A DNA stretch of 64,000 bases from a bacterium (GTDB lineage Bacteria; Patescibacteriota; Patescibacteriia; UBA1558; UBA10009): the NCBI GenBank assembly GCA_018672055.1, contig JABHGM010000001.1, forward strand, positions 353,404-417,403. The letters run 5' to 3'. The translations under genes were made by a program, and so were the position numbers. Position 1 is the stretch's first letter. Every line of letters begins with the position of its first letter. The notes under the pieces were generated by a model. That model was not told the DNA's origin, did not search any database, and saw only the letters and a list, made by a program, of their open reading frames with translations. Of the stretch, positions 1 through 10,435 are shown one piece after another.

Positions 1-231
1 TTAAAATCAGGTATTATTATTCCTGATACTATTGAAGGTGAAAAACCTGAAGAAGGTGAAGTTTTGGCTGTTGGCCCTGGTAAAATGCTTGATAATGGTA
101 ATCGTGGACCAATGGATGTTAAAGTTGGTGACAAGGTATTGTTTAAAAGTTTTAAGGCTGATGAATTTAAGATTGATGGTGAAGAAGTTTTAATAATTTC
201 TCAATCAGATATTAGTTCTATTATTAACTAA
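1..231 (+). CDS. groES: Co-chaperonin GroES, C-terminal part (5' end lies outside the window)
   Basis: Frame-1 translation ...GEVLAVGPGKMLDNGNRGPMDVKVGDKVLFKSF..IDGEEVLIISQSDI* is a typical GroES C-terminus; it sits 12 nt upstream of groL. Confidence 0.8.
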   Translation, partial: LKSGIIIPDTIEGEKPEEGEVLAVGPGKMLDNGNRGPMDVKVGDKVLFKSFKADEFKIDGEEVLIISQSDISSIIN

Positions 232-237
232 ATATAA

Positions 238-1875
<1,638 letters not shown>

Positions 1876-1937
1876 TAGATATTAAATTTGAAATAAAAAA
1901 AGCTCAGAGATTATCTCTGAGCTTTTTGATATTTAAA

Positions 1938-3146
1938 TTAGAATTGAATATTATTTAATTCACTTGGCTTTTCATCGCCCATGCCTGGGTTACTATTTAT
2001 TAAATCTAGAGCTCCACTAGTATCACCCTTTTTAATAAGATCTAGGACTTCATCTTTAAAAGCTTGTTGTTCTGGAGTTATGTCAGCACTATTTGCTTTC
2101 TGTCTTGGCTTATCAATATCTTCTACATTACCTGTTTCAATAACGGGGTCACTTTTAATTATTACTTCATCAGAAGTAAAAGTATTAGTTTTTGTTGGTT
2201 TTATACTCTCTGTATAGGCATGAGTTGGTATTTTATCTACATTATTTGACCAAGTATTTAATTCTTTTTCTAGGATTGGTAGTATAGTTTCTACTTCATT
2301 AATTATTCGTTCTTTGAAAATTATTATTTTTTCTTCAGCGTCTTCTTTTAAATTAATTTTATTTGGTTCAATTATTATTGTTTTGGCTGGTAGTTCTTTA
2401 ACTTCATTTTCCCAGACTTGTATTCTATCGTTGGCAATTTCTTCAAGAGCAGGTAATAGACTTGAAGTATCTTTAGCTTTATCTAATATAGCTTTAACAA
2501 ATTCAGATTGAGTATCTTTTATATCAGAAGCTGCATCTCTATACAGATTAACTTCCTGGTAATTTGTTTTTTCAGATAGTTCTTTAATACTTTTTCTACT
2601 ATCTGTTAATTCTCTATCATATCTATTAATAGGGACCAATGTGGTTTCAACATCATTCATCCTTTTAATATATTTAATACCTAAGTTTATTTTATCTTCA
2701 TAGTTTTCTAAAGCCCTATTTAATATTTTTGGATCTTTTAATAATTCAGGTTTAGTTCTTTTTAATTCATCTATTCTTTTCTGAGCATGTTTAAAAGCTA
2801 CTTCAGCTTTTTTTACTTTATCAAAAGTAAATACTTGCTCTACTCTTTCTGTAAGTAGTTTAACTGGGTAAAGAGTATCATTAGGTAAGCTATCTTGTGA
2901 AGCATAAGCTGTACCAGTAGAAAGAAGTAAGGCAATAATAATAAGAAAGGCGGGAACTGCTTTTAAACTAAAAATTTGCATACCAAATGAAGCATGCTTA
3001 GTTTTACTAATTTCTTTCTTTACTTTTACTAACGGATCATTATATATAGTTTTTAAAAGCTGTTCTTTGTTAGAAGCTAAAAAATTATGATCTACTGGTA
3101 GATTTTTTAAACTTTTTAGTTCTTTTTCTAGTTTGTTAGTTTTCAT
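1938..3146 (-). CDS. Single-pass membrane protein, putative anti-sigma factor
   Basis: 402 aa. About 60-aa cytoplasmic N-terminus, one TM helix (AVPAFLIIIALLLSTGTAYA), long extracytoplasmic domain. Start overlaps the stop of the upstream ECF sigma gene by 11 nt. Function inferred from context only. Confidence 0.4.
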   Translation of the reverse strand: MKTNKLEKELKSLKNLPVDHNFLASNKEQLLKTIYNDPLVKVKKEISKTKHASFGMQIFSLKAVPAFLIIIALLLSTGTAYASQDSLPNDTLYPVKLLTERVEQVFTFDKVKKAEVAFKHAQKRIDELKRTKPELLKDPKILNRALENYEDKINLGIKYIKRMNDVETTLVPINRYDRELTDSRKSIKELSEKTNYQEVNLYRDAASDIKDTQSEFVKAILDKAKDTSSLLPALEEIANDRIQVWENEVKELPAKTIIIEPNKINLKEDAEEKIIIFKERIINEVETILPILEKELNTWSNNVDKIPTHAYTESIKPTKTNTFTSDEVIIKSDPVIETGNVEDIDKPRQKANSADITPEQQAFKDEVLDLIKKGDTSGALDLINSNPGMGDEKPSELNNIQF

Positions 3147-3684
3147 ATATTATTTTTAGTCTTTTAACTGCTCTATGTAATTTGACGTATAAAGCATCAG
3201 GAGTCTTACCGGTTATTTTAGATATCTCTTTAAAATCCATATCATCTACGTATCTATACATCAATATTTCTTTGTCATCATGGTTTAATTCATCTATTTT
3301 ACTAAGCAACTCCTTTTTACTTATATCTCTATCAATCATTTCATTTATAATATCTTTGCCTTGCTTTGTATCTGGCATTCTAGCCATTAACTCATCATCA
3401 TGTATTTCTTTCTTTTTCCTATAATGATCTACTAATAGGTTATGAGCTATTCTGTAAATAAAGCTAGCAAAGTGATCTATATTATTATCACGTCTTAAAT
3501 AGTCCCAAGCTTTTAAAAATGTTTGACTCGTTAGATCTTCAGTTAGTTCTTGTGAGCTAGTTCTAAAATAAAAATACTTATATATTTTCTCACTATACAT
3601 ATCATAAGCTTCGGAAAAGGCATCTGGATCTAAGCTATTTATTTTAGCTAATAAACTAGGCTTAATCTTAAGGGTTTTAGTCAT
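3136..3684 (-). CDS. ECF-type sigma-70 family RNA polymerase sigma factor
   Basis: 182 aa. Region 2 (FLKAWDYLRR.., YRIAHNLLVDHYRKK) and region 4 HTH (MDFKEISKITGKTPDALYVKLHRAVKRLK) are present. Confidence 0.85.
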   Translation of the reverse strand: MTKTLKIKPSLLAKINSLDPDAFSEAYDMYSEKIYKYFYFRTSSQELTEDLTSQTFLKAWDYLRRDNNIDHFASFIYRIAHNLLVDHYRKKKEIHDDELMARMPDTKQGKDIINEMIDRDISKKELLSKIDELNHDDKEILMYRYVDDMDFKEISKITGKTPDALYVKLHRAVKRLKIIYEN

Positions 3685-3731
3685 AATTTAATATATTGAC
3701 GTATTATCTTATATAATCTTTCATTTATAAC

Positions 3732-3760
3732 TTGACAAAATTAATTATATATGATATTAT
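3732..3760 (+). promoter_or_regulatory. Sigma-70-like promoter (TTGACA-17-TATTAT) upstream of the 1017-aa surface protein gene
   Basis: Read directly: TTGACA at 3732-3737, 17-nt spacer, TATTAT at 3755-3760. Confidence 0.4.
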
Positions 3761-3792
3761 GATTATATACAATAATAAAAATAGGGTCAGGA

Positions 3793-3815
3793 CTGCATAT
3801 AGATGCAGTTTTTTT
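3793..3815 (+). promoter_or_regulatory. Perfect 16-bp palindrome CTGCATATAGATGCAG followed by a T7 run, in the leader of the 3896 gene (attenuator- or operator-like)
   Basis: Read directly. The hairpin plus U-run looks like an intrinsic terminator, yet it lies between the promoter and the start codon. Confidence 0.35.
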
Positions 3816-3895
3816 ACATTTATATCCAATAAAAAGACATAAAATATTAAAATATATAATATAAAAGGGGAATTAAAAATTAACTAGAAATAAAC

Positions 3896-6800
3896 ATGAA
3901 AAAGATTAAACTATATGGATTAGTAGGTGCTTTTATAATTAGTCAAGTTTTAGTTCCATCTATGCAATTACAAGCTTTAGATGATAAAACTACTACAAAA
4001 ACTAATGAAATTGTTGAAGAAACTAAGGTAGAGACTAAAACAGATACAGTTACTAAAGAAATAGTATCTTCAGTTGATTCAACAGTTGATACCAAAGAGG
4101 TTATTGTTGAAGAAACTAAAATAATAGTTGAAGAAGTAGTTACCAATGAGGTTATTGTTGAAGAAACTGAAACTGAAATAATAGTTCAAGAGACTGAAAC
4201 TGAAATAATAGTTGAAGAAGTTGTTACTAATAATGAATCAGATGATGATAATGAAGTTATTGTAGAAGAAGTTGAAGTTGAAATAATAGTTCCAGAGGTA
4301 GTTAATAATGAAGAATCAGATGATGATAATTATGAAGTCGAAGAGAGTTTTGAATCAGATGAAAAGGATTATACAGAATTAGAAAGAGTTTATTTCACAT
4401 TGTTAGAAAAATATAATGCATTAATTGAATTTAAAGATAGTCTAAACAATAAGATAGAAGGTTTAGAAAATAAATTAACCCTAGATAGTGAAAGAGTGGA
4501 TGACGAAAAAACACCTCAGATTATTAATGAGGATTTAACTAATCAGTTAAGAGGTAGAATACTTATAAAATCAGAAGATAGAGGTCAAGCATATTATGTT
4601 AATCCAGGTGATGGTAAGAAATATTTCATGGGTGATGGTAACTCAGCATATTCTATTCTACGTAATTTCAGTTTAGGGATAAATAATAGTGACATTAGTA
4701 GAATACCAATTGGTATTGATGATAGAATAAATTATATTGATACAGATAATGATAATTTGCCTGATATTTTAGAAGAAGCTTTAGGTTCAGATAAATATAA
4801 TCAAGATACTGATGGTGATGGTTACCTTGACGGACAAGAAGTAAGGAATGGATACAATTTATTTAATGATAGTTCAATTAAATTACCTGTAGATAATACC
4901 TTAATTGATAGATTAAGAGGAAGATTTTTAATTCAGACTGAGCAGAGTGGACAGTCTTGGTATATTAATCCTGATGATGGTCATAGATATTATGTACCTG
5001 ATGGAGATTCAGCTTTCGATTTACTAAGACTACAATCATTGGGTGTAGAAAATGCAGACCTTGATCAAATAGAAGACGGGGAATTAATTGAAGAAGAAAA
5101 TACTGAATTTATTACTAGTGTTGATTATGATTATCCAATTGATGAGTTAATTGCTCAGTTGCCTAGTACAAGAAATTCTTCTATAGGTAATAATCAGTCA
5201 GTATCACAAGTTGGTGATGAAGAAACTGAAGACGAAATTAATATTAGTGCTATTTGGGATGTTTCTCCAGATCAAATTAATCAAGAAATAGGTGAATCAA
5301 TTGTTCCAATGCAACTTATTATTTATTCTAATATAAGTAGAGTTACAAATAATTGGACTTTCTATTATCAAGGCGAAATAGGTGATGCACCAATTGCAGG
5401 TTCTCTAACTGGAGCAGATGGGCAAGTATTGACTCCTACAGCACTAGCTTTTGAACAAGTAGGGGAAGATCTGTACAGCTTTACCTTTTTTAATATGCCA
5501 ACAGCATTAATGATAGTCCCAAATGTAGCTAATGTCTTAAATTTAAATATAATTACCAGTACTCTACATACTTTAAATGGTCAGTTTTATATGACTCCTG
5601 AAGATATTGAATTTAACCCTGAAAATGAGCTTTTTTGGTCAGAAGACCCAATTTATGGCTCAGAAGTAAATATCACTGAACCATCTAATCAAGAACCTGG
5701 TGAGCTTTTTGTTACTGTGGAAGATAATCCTGCTATTGCTAATATAATTGCTGGTACTTCTGATGTACCTATGCTTAACCTTAAGTTTCAAGCAGTAAAT
5801 GAGTCATTTAATATAAATAATTTAACTGTTAGCATGATACATTCTACTCGATCAGTTGATTCAGTTACTATTTCTTATTTAAATGAAACTGGTGAAACTA
5901 TTACTGCTAATCAAGTAGAAATTTCAGGTGCTGCTAACTTCAATATCACATCAAATCCATTTTATGTTCCAGCTAATACATACAGAATAATGAATGTATA
6001 TTTTAGTGTTCCAGCAATTAATCAAACATATGCAGCATATACTGGTGATATAATTCAAGCTGAGTATAGTACTTATGATAATTTTGAGGCTATAGGGGTT
6101 GAATATGATACTCAGTTAACACAGCTAAGCAATCATCCTCTAAAATTATATAGTAATATCATGACTGTTCATGGAACAGTACCTACATTTATAGTTGATA
6201 GTACCACTAATACAAGTTTAGTTAATGGTCCTGCTGAGTTATATCGTTGGGAAGTAAGCGCTCCTGAAGGTGGTACTGATTTAAGCTTAAAGAAATTATC
6301 ATTTAAGTTAAGCATGAATGATTCAGTTCAAAATACATCTACTTTGAGTCTTTCAAACTTCAGAGTTTATGAAGGTACAAGCTATGCATCTGCAACTCTT
6401 TTAACACAAGGTGATAGTGGAACTGACAGCTATCAAGTATATAATGGTTGGGGTGCTACAACTACAATAGCTGGTAATGAATTTGGTGGTAAGTTAAGTG
6501 CACCAACAGGCGTGCTTTATCAAAACAGCCAAGGACTTACACCGTCTACTACTCATGATGTAATTATTGTCTTTAATGATGACAGATTAATTAGTGCTGG
6601 TTCTAGTAGGTATTACATCTTAAAGGCTACTGCAGGTAATGTTAACACGGGCGTACTTAGTAATGACTATATAGGTATGTATATTTATGATGGTGATACA
6701 GCTACAACTCATAGAATGACACTAGAACCAACTTGTGATGCTGATGGTACCAGCGGTACAGATAGTAAATATTGTTTAAGTAGTGATGGTAATAATGATG

Positions 6801-6949
6801 ATGTTGGTGCTTATATGATCTGGTCAGATAATACAGGTACAAATGGTAATAATACTCATACTGATGTTAATCTTTATGGTTTAAGTTCAGCTGATTGGTT
6901 TAATGGTTATAAGATTAATACATTAGATGTGATTAGACTTCTAAATTAA
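3896..6949 (+). CDS. Large secreted repeat protein (signal peptide, acidic tandem repeats, duplicated module, thrombospondin-type-3-like Ca-binding repeat)
   Basis: 1017 aa. N-terminal signal peptide. EVIVEETE/TEIIVEE repeats. Duplicated about 55-aa module (LRGRILIKSEDRGQAYYVNPGDGKKYF.. / LRGRFLIQTEQSGQSWYINPDDGHRYY..). DTDNDNLPD..DTDGDGYLDGQE TSP3-like repeat. Confidence 0.8.
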   Translation: MKKIKLYGLVGAFIISQVLVPSMQLQALDDKTTTKTNEIVEETKVETKTDTVTKEIVSSVDSTVDTKEVIVEETKIIVEEVVTNEVIVEETETEIIVQETETEIIVEEVVTNNESDDDNEVIVEEVEVEIIVPEVVNNEESDDDNYEVEESFESDEKDYTELERVYFTLLEKYNALIEFKDSLNNKIEGLENKLTLDSERVDDEKTPQIINEDLTNQLRGRILIKSEDRGQAYYVNPGDGKKYFMGDGNSAYSILRNFSLGINNSDISRIPIGIDDRINYIDTDNDNLPDILEEALGSDKYNQDTDGDGYLDGQEVRNGYNLFNDSSIKLPVDNTLIDRLRGRFLIQTEQSGQSWYINPDDGHRYYVPDGDSAFDLLRLQSLGVENADLDQIEDGELIEEENTEFITSVDYDYPIDELIAQLPSTRNSSIGNNQSVSQVGDEETEDEINISAIWDVSPDQINQEIGESIVPMQLIIYSNISRVTNNWTFYYQGEIGDAPIAGSLTGADGQVLTPTALAFEQVGEDLYSFTFFNMPTALMIVPNVANVLNLNIITSTLHTLNGQFYMTPEDIEFNPENELFWSEDPIYGSEVNITEPSNQEPGELFVTVEDNPAIANIIAGTSDVPMLNLKFQAVNESFNINNLTVSMIHSTRSVDSVTISYLNETGETITANQVEISGAANFNITSNPFYVPANTYRIMNVYFSVPAINQTYAAYTGDIIQAEYSTYDNFEAIGVEYDTQLTQLSNHPLKLYSNIMTVHGTVPTFIVDSTTNTSLVNGPAELYRWEVSAPEGGTDLSLKKLSFKLSMNDSVQNTSTLSLSNFRVYEGTSYASATLLTQGDSGTDSYQVYNGWGATTTIAGNEFGGKLSAPTGVLYQNSQGLTPSTTHDVIIVFNDDRLISAGSSRYYILKATAGNVNTGVLSNDYIGMYIYDGDTATTHRMTLEPTCDADGTSGTDSKYCLSSDGNNDDVGAYMIWSDNTGTNGNNTHTDVNLYGLSSADWFNGYKINTLDVIRLLN
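4004..4345 (+). repeat. In-frame tandem nucleotide repeats coding the acidic (E/V/I/T-rich, SDDDN) repeat region
   Basis: Repeated gttattgttgaagaaactgaaactgaaataatagtt... units and ...aatgaatcagatgatgataat... units are visible in the DNA. Confidence 0.6.
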
Positions 6950-6973
6950 AATTATATATAGAATATAAAAAAA

Positions 6974-6999
6974 CCCTATACAAGAGTATGGGGTTTTTT
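6974..6999 (+). terminator. Intrinsic terminator after the 1017-aa gene
   Basis: CCCTATA..TATGGGG stem followed by a T6 run. Confidence 0.5.
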
Positions 7000-7087
7000 A
7001 TTTAAATTAGAGTGTAAGGATATGGTTTTCGCTACGTCTTTTAGGGCATAGGAGATGAAAAAATTTAAATAATTAATCTATAAAAGT

Positions 7088-8266
7088 ATGAAAAAAGTAA
7101 GTCTAATTATACTAACCTTAGCCATTTTAATGGGTTCAGGAGTTAGTAATATAGCTTTAGCTCAAATAAGTGAGCACGATGTAAATGGTCATATTGTTGA
7201 TCAAAATGACATCCTTTATATGACTGAACAAATAAAGCATAATCGTTTAAGTAATGATTATGACTATAATAATGATGGTTCAGTTGATGATAATGATGTT
7301 TCTGATTTAAAATATGATATCTTTTTCCTTGATGCAATGCTTGGAGAAAAAAATAGAGTTTTAGATCAAGAAGATGTTGAAGGTTATAGTAAATTAATTC
7401 TTCAATTTGATCCTGAACTTTTAAGTCAAATACTTGGTGGTTCTAAATTTGATTTAAATCAAGATAATGAAATTAATGTTTCTGATATTGTAGCTTTAGT
7501 AAACATTACTATTAAGTATGACTTAGTAGATGGATACGAAGCAAATAAAAGTTATATTAAAGTTCGTTTCTCTGGTGATAATAAAGTATTAAAAGTTGGT
7601 GAAAGTTATAAGATTTCATGGAAAGCAAGTAAGGATTTACAAGATTCAATGCTAGCTCTTGATGTTATCTATTTAACTACAAATGCGGTTATTAATATTG
7701 ATACAATTCATTCAAATGGTTCCCCATATAATTTAAGTGACAGAGGTTTTCTTTGGACTGTTCCTGAATATTTTAATGAATTACCTGAAGGTAAGTTTAA
7801 AATAAGAGTTAGTACTAATCCTAACCGAGAAAATGGACCAGCTTTTGGAGAAAGTAAACCATTTGCTATTTCTCACTTAAGTGATTCAGAAGTTTCTGAA
7901 GTAAGTTACTCAGATCTATCAATTAAAAGTGTTAGATCAAAATCAGTTTATAAATTAGGTGATAGTGTATACTTTAGAGTATTAGTTACTAATACTGGTG
8001 ATCAAGATATAAATAGTTTTAGATTAAAAGCTGTTAAAAGTAATTCAAATGATGAACACTTCTTAACTAGAACTATTAATAAGAATATACCTGCTGGTAA
8101 ATCAAGATGGGTTACCTTTGGTAGTTCTTTGTTAGATCCTAATGGTAATCAACATAATATTACTGGGATTTATAATCTATTAATTACTATTGATCCATTT
8201 AATGAGATTCAAGAATCAAATGAAGATAATAATTATTTCAAACATACTATAAAAGTTATAAAGTAA
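7088..8266 (+). CDS. Secreted protein with dockerin-like Ca-binding repeats and a C-terminal CARDB-like domain
   Basis: 392 aa. Signal peptide. DYNNDGSVDDNDVSD and DLNQDNEINVSDIVALVN match the dockerin D-x-N-x-D-G..D pattern. The C-terminal SDLSIKSVRS..YFRVLVTNTGDQ..IPAGKSRWVTF segment resembles CARDB. Confidence 0.7.
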   Translation: MKKVSLIILTLAILMGSGVSNIALAQISEHDVNGHIVDQNDILYMTEQIKHNRLSNDYDYNNDGSVDDNDVSDLKYDIFFLDAMLGEKNRVLDQEDVEGYSKLILQFDPELLSQILGGSKFDLNQDNEINVSDIVALVNITIKYDLVDGYEANKSYIKVRFSGDNKVLKVGESYKISWKASKDLQDSMLALDVIYLTTNAVINIDTIHSNGSPYNLSDRGFLWTVPEYFNELPEGKFKIRVSTNPNRENGPAFGESKPFAISHLSDSEVSEVSYSDLSIKSVRSKSVYKLGDSVYFRVLVTNTGDQDINSFRLKAVKSNSNDEHFLTRTINKNIPAGKSRWVTFGSSLLDPNGNQHNITGIYNLLITIDPFNEIQESNEDNNYFKHTIKVIK

Positions 8267-8304
8267 ATAAAATATTAAAATAAATCGTTTACCTTAAACG
8301 AATA

Positions 8305-8332
8305 AAAAGTCGAGTTTAACACTCGACTTTTT
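8305..8332 (+). terminator. Intrinsic terminator (GTCGAGT-loop-ACTCGAC + T-run)
   Basis: Read directly. Confidence 0.6.
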
Positions 8333-8359
8333 AGTCATTTTTTTCTATACTTATAGTAT

Positions 8360-8905
8360 ATGACTGAGCATAAAAGAGATATAAAATATAGCCTAGACAA
8401 TGGAGAGCCTTGGCATAAAAATGATGAAGCCGAGGATAGTATGTTATATGAGAGTTCAAGTAGTGCAGTTGATAGTAAAAAGGCTAAAGACATAGAAACA
8501 GCAGGTGAATTTTTATATGGCAAAAGTTTAAAATGGTATAAATCTGTTTTAATCTGGCCTATGTTTATTCTGTTATTTATAGAAATAAGTATCAGGGTGT
8601 TAGAAGCTAAGTTTTTCATACTTTGGTCTGATAATTTATTCTTTTGGCTTATTGAACTAGTTAGAGTTATTATCTTTATTTACTTATCAATTACAGTACT
8701 TAAACAGTATAAGCTAGAAAAATCCCAATTATTCACTACTGTTATATTAGGCGGAGCTATTACCGGATTTTTATTAGCTATATTTCAGTTATTTTGGTAT
8801 TTTAAATTATGGACGTTCTTTAGTTTAATTGGTCTTCCTTTACAACTAGCCTTTGAAGGATTAATAATAAGTTATTTAATATATTTAATTAATCAAAATA
8901 AATAA
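8360..8905 (+). CDS. Hypothetical polytopic membrane protein
   Basis: 181-aa ORF with 4 predicted TM helices. Start codon uncertain; the ORF begins 25 nt after the terminator. Confidence 0.45.
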   Translation: MTEHKRDIKYSLDNGEPWHKNDEAEDSMLYESSSSAVDSKKAKDIETAGEFLYGKSLKWYKSVLIWPMFILLFIEISIRVLEAKFFILWSDNLFFWLIELVRVIIFIYLSITVLKQYKLEKSQLFTTVILGGAITGFLLAIFQLFWYFKLWTFFSLIGLPLQLAFEGLIISYLIYLINQNK

Positions 8906-8910
8906 AAAAT

Positions 8911-9225
8911 ATGAATGCAACAACATCTAATAATGATATTGAGGACAATAGAGTCATTGCTTCTTTTAGTTATGTTTGGATTCTATGCTTAGTTCCATTA
9001 TTTTTAAAACGTAAATCAAAGTTTGCACAATTTCATGCTAAACAAGGTTTATTACTTTTTGTTATTGAACTTTTTGGCTGGTTAATCTTTTGGATTCCAT
9101 TAATTGGTTGGGTACTCGGAATTATAATTTTAGTATTTGCTATTTTGGGAATTATGAATGCCTTACAAGGGGTTTATTGGGAAATGCCAATACTTGGCAA
9201 ATATGCCAAAAAATTAAATATATAA
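8911..9225 (+). CDS. Small membrane protein, DUF4870-like
   Basis: 104 aa. The SFSYVWILCLVPLFLKRKSKFAQFHAKQGLLLFV motif is typical of the DUF4870 / YIP-like small membrane family. Confidence 0.55.
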   Translation: MNATTSNNDIEDNRVIASFSYVWILCLVPLFLKRKSKFAQFHAKQGLLLFVIELFGWLIFWIPLIGWVLGIIILVFAILGIMNALQGVYWEMPILGKYAKKLNI

Positions 9226-9228
9226 GTT

Positions 9229-9942
9229 ATGCTTGAAATCAGTCATCGAGGTGCTGGAGGTCTTGGTCCGGAGAATACTCTCCGGTCTTTTAAGATCGCT
9301 TTAAAATATGATATTGATATGATTGAAACAGATCTATGGCTTTCTAAGGATAATAAACTAGTTATAAATCATGATTCTGATTTAAAAAGAATATATAAAG
9401 TAAATAAGAAGATTAAAGATTTAACGCTTGATGAAATAAAGAGTATTAATAGTGATATTCCTTCTTTAGAAGAAGTATTTGCTTTAGTGGATAGTAAAGT
9501 GCAACTTAATTTAGAAATTAAAACACCAGAAGTTGTTAAATATTTAATCAAGGAAATAAAAGATAGTGATTATCCGGTTGATAAGTTATTAATTAGTTCA
9601 AATTATTTAAATGTTCTAAATATTGTTAAACAAGAAATACCAAGCATTCGAATAGCTTGGATATTTCATTCAATAGGTTCTAGTGTAGGACAATTTTTTT
9701 GGTCGTTAATGGTAGTTAAAGTTTTATTTTTAGTACAAAATCATGTAGTTAAAAAAATACAAGATAATAATATTAAAATATTAGTGCTACATAAGGTTTT
9801 AGCAACTAAAAGATTTATAGATAAATTGCATAAGTTAAAGATTAAAGTTTTAATTTGGACAGTTGATGGTAAAGAGCAGATTATTAAGTATAGAAATAAA
9901 GGAGTTGATGGTATAATTTCAAATTATCCAAATAAATTTTAG
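9229..9942 (+). CDS. Glycerophosphodiester phosphodiesterase family protein
   Basis: 237 aa. N-terminal ISHRGAGG..ENTLRSF..DMIETDLWLSKD..LVINHD is the GDPD catalytic signature. Confidence 0.8.
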   Translation: MLEISHRGAGGLGPENTLRSFKIALKYDIDMIETDLWLSKDNKLVINHDSDLKRIYKVNKKIKDLTLDEIKSINSDIPSLEEVFALVDSKVQLNLEIKTPEVVKYLIKEIKDSDYPVDKLLISSNYLNVLNIVKQEIPSIRIAWIFHSIGSSVGQFFWSLMVVKVLFLVQNHVVKKIQDNNIKILVLHKVLATKRFIDKLHKLKIKVLIWTVDGKEQIIKYRNKGVDGIISNYPNKF

Positions 9943-9944
9943 TA

Positions 9945-9973
9945 TTGACATTATTGGAAATTTAGGCTAGTAT
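9945..9973 (+). promoter_or_regulatory. Promoter of the tRNA cluster (TTGACA-17-TAGTAT)
   Basis: Read directly, about 20 nt upstream of the first tRNA. Confidence 0.45.
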
Positions 9974-9991
9974 GGTAAAAGTTTTATATTA

Positions 9992-10066
9992 GGCGGCGTA
10001 GCTCAGTGGTAGAGCAGCAGACTCATAAGCTGTTGGTCGGGGGTTCAAATCCCTCCGCCGCTACCA
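9992..10066 (+). tRNA. tRNA with CAT anticodon (elongator Met or lysidine-dependent Ile2)
   Basis: Cloverleaf drawn by hand: acceptor GGCGGCG/CGCCGCT, anticodon loop CTCATAA, T-loop TTCAAAT, CCA encoded. 31:39 is an A-G mismatch. Confidence 0.8.
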
Positions 10067-10071
10067 ATTTA

Positions 10072-10156
10072 GCCAGAGTGGTGAAACTGGTATACACGCA
10101 CGACTCAAAATCGTGTGCCGCAAGGCATGTGGGTTCGACTCCCACCTCTGGCACCA
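10072..10156 (+). tRNA. tRNA-Leu (CAA), class II with long variable arm
   Basis: Acceptor GCCAGAG/CTCTGGC, anticodon stem CACGA/TCGTG with loop CTCAAAA, variable arm GCCGCAAGGC, T-arm GTGGG-TTCGACT-CCCAC, CCA encoded. Confidence 0.85.
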
Positions 10157-10170
10157 CTCATGTGATACAC

Positions 10171-10246
10171 CCGCGCATAGCTCAGTTGGTAGAGCAGTTG
10201 CCTCTTAAGCAAACGGTCGGGGGTTCAAATCCCTCTGCGCGGACCA
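10171..10246 (+). tRNA. tRNA-Lys (CTT)
   Basis: Acceptor CCGCGCA/TGCGCGG, anticodon stem GTTGC/GCAAC with loop CTCTTAA, T-loop TTCAAAT, CCA encoded. Confidence 0.85.
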
Positions 10247-10292
10247 TTGACAAAATTACTAATATACGATAGCTTATAAACATCATATTTGA

Positions 10293-10368
10293 CGCGGGGT
10301 AGAGCAGTTGGCAGCTCGGCAGGCCCATAACCTGCAGGTCGCCGGTTCGAGTCCGGCCCCCGCAACCA
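10293..10368 (+). tRNA. Initiator tRNA-fMet (CAT)
   Basis: Acceptor CGCGGGG/CCCCGCA gives a C1:A72 mismatch. A11:U24 is present. 3' end CCCCGCAACCA is identical to E. coli tRNA-fMet. Anticodon loop is CCCATAA. Confidence 0.85.
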
Positions 10369-10435
10369 AATTCCATTGAAAGATGGATTTTTTTGATTGA
10401 AAAATTAGTGAATTTACAGTATAATTAAGTAAATT

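Noticed and set aside
10006-10376. Track ORFs 10006..10272 (+, 88 aa) and 10182..10376 (-, 64 aa)
   Set aside because: They lie entirely on the four-tRNA cluster. The GC-rich tRNA sequence creates open frames by chance, and they are not protein-coding.
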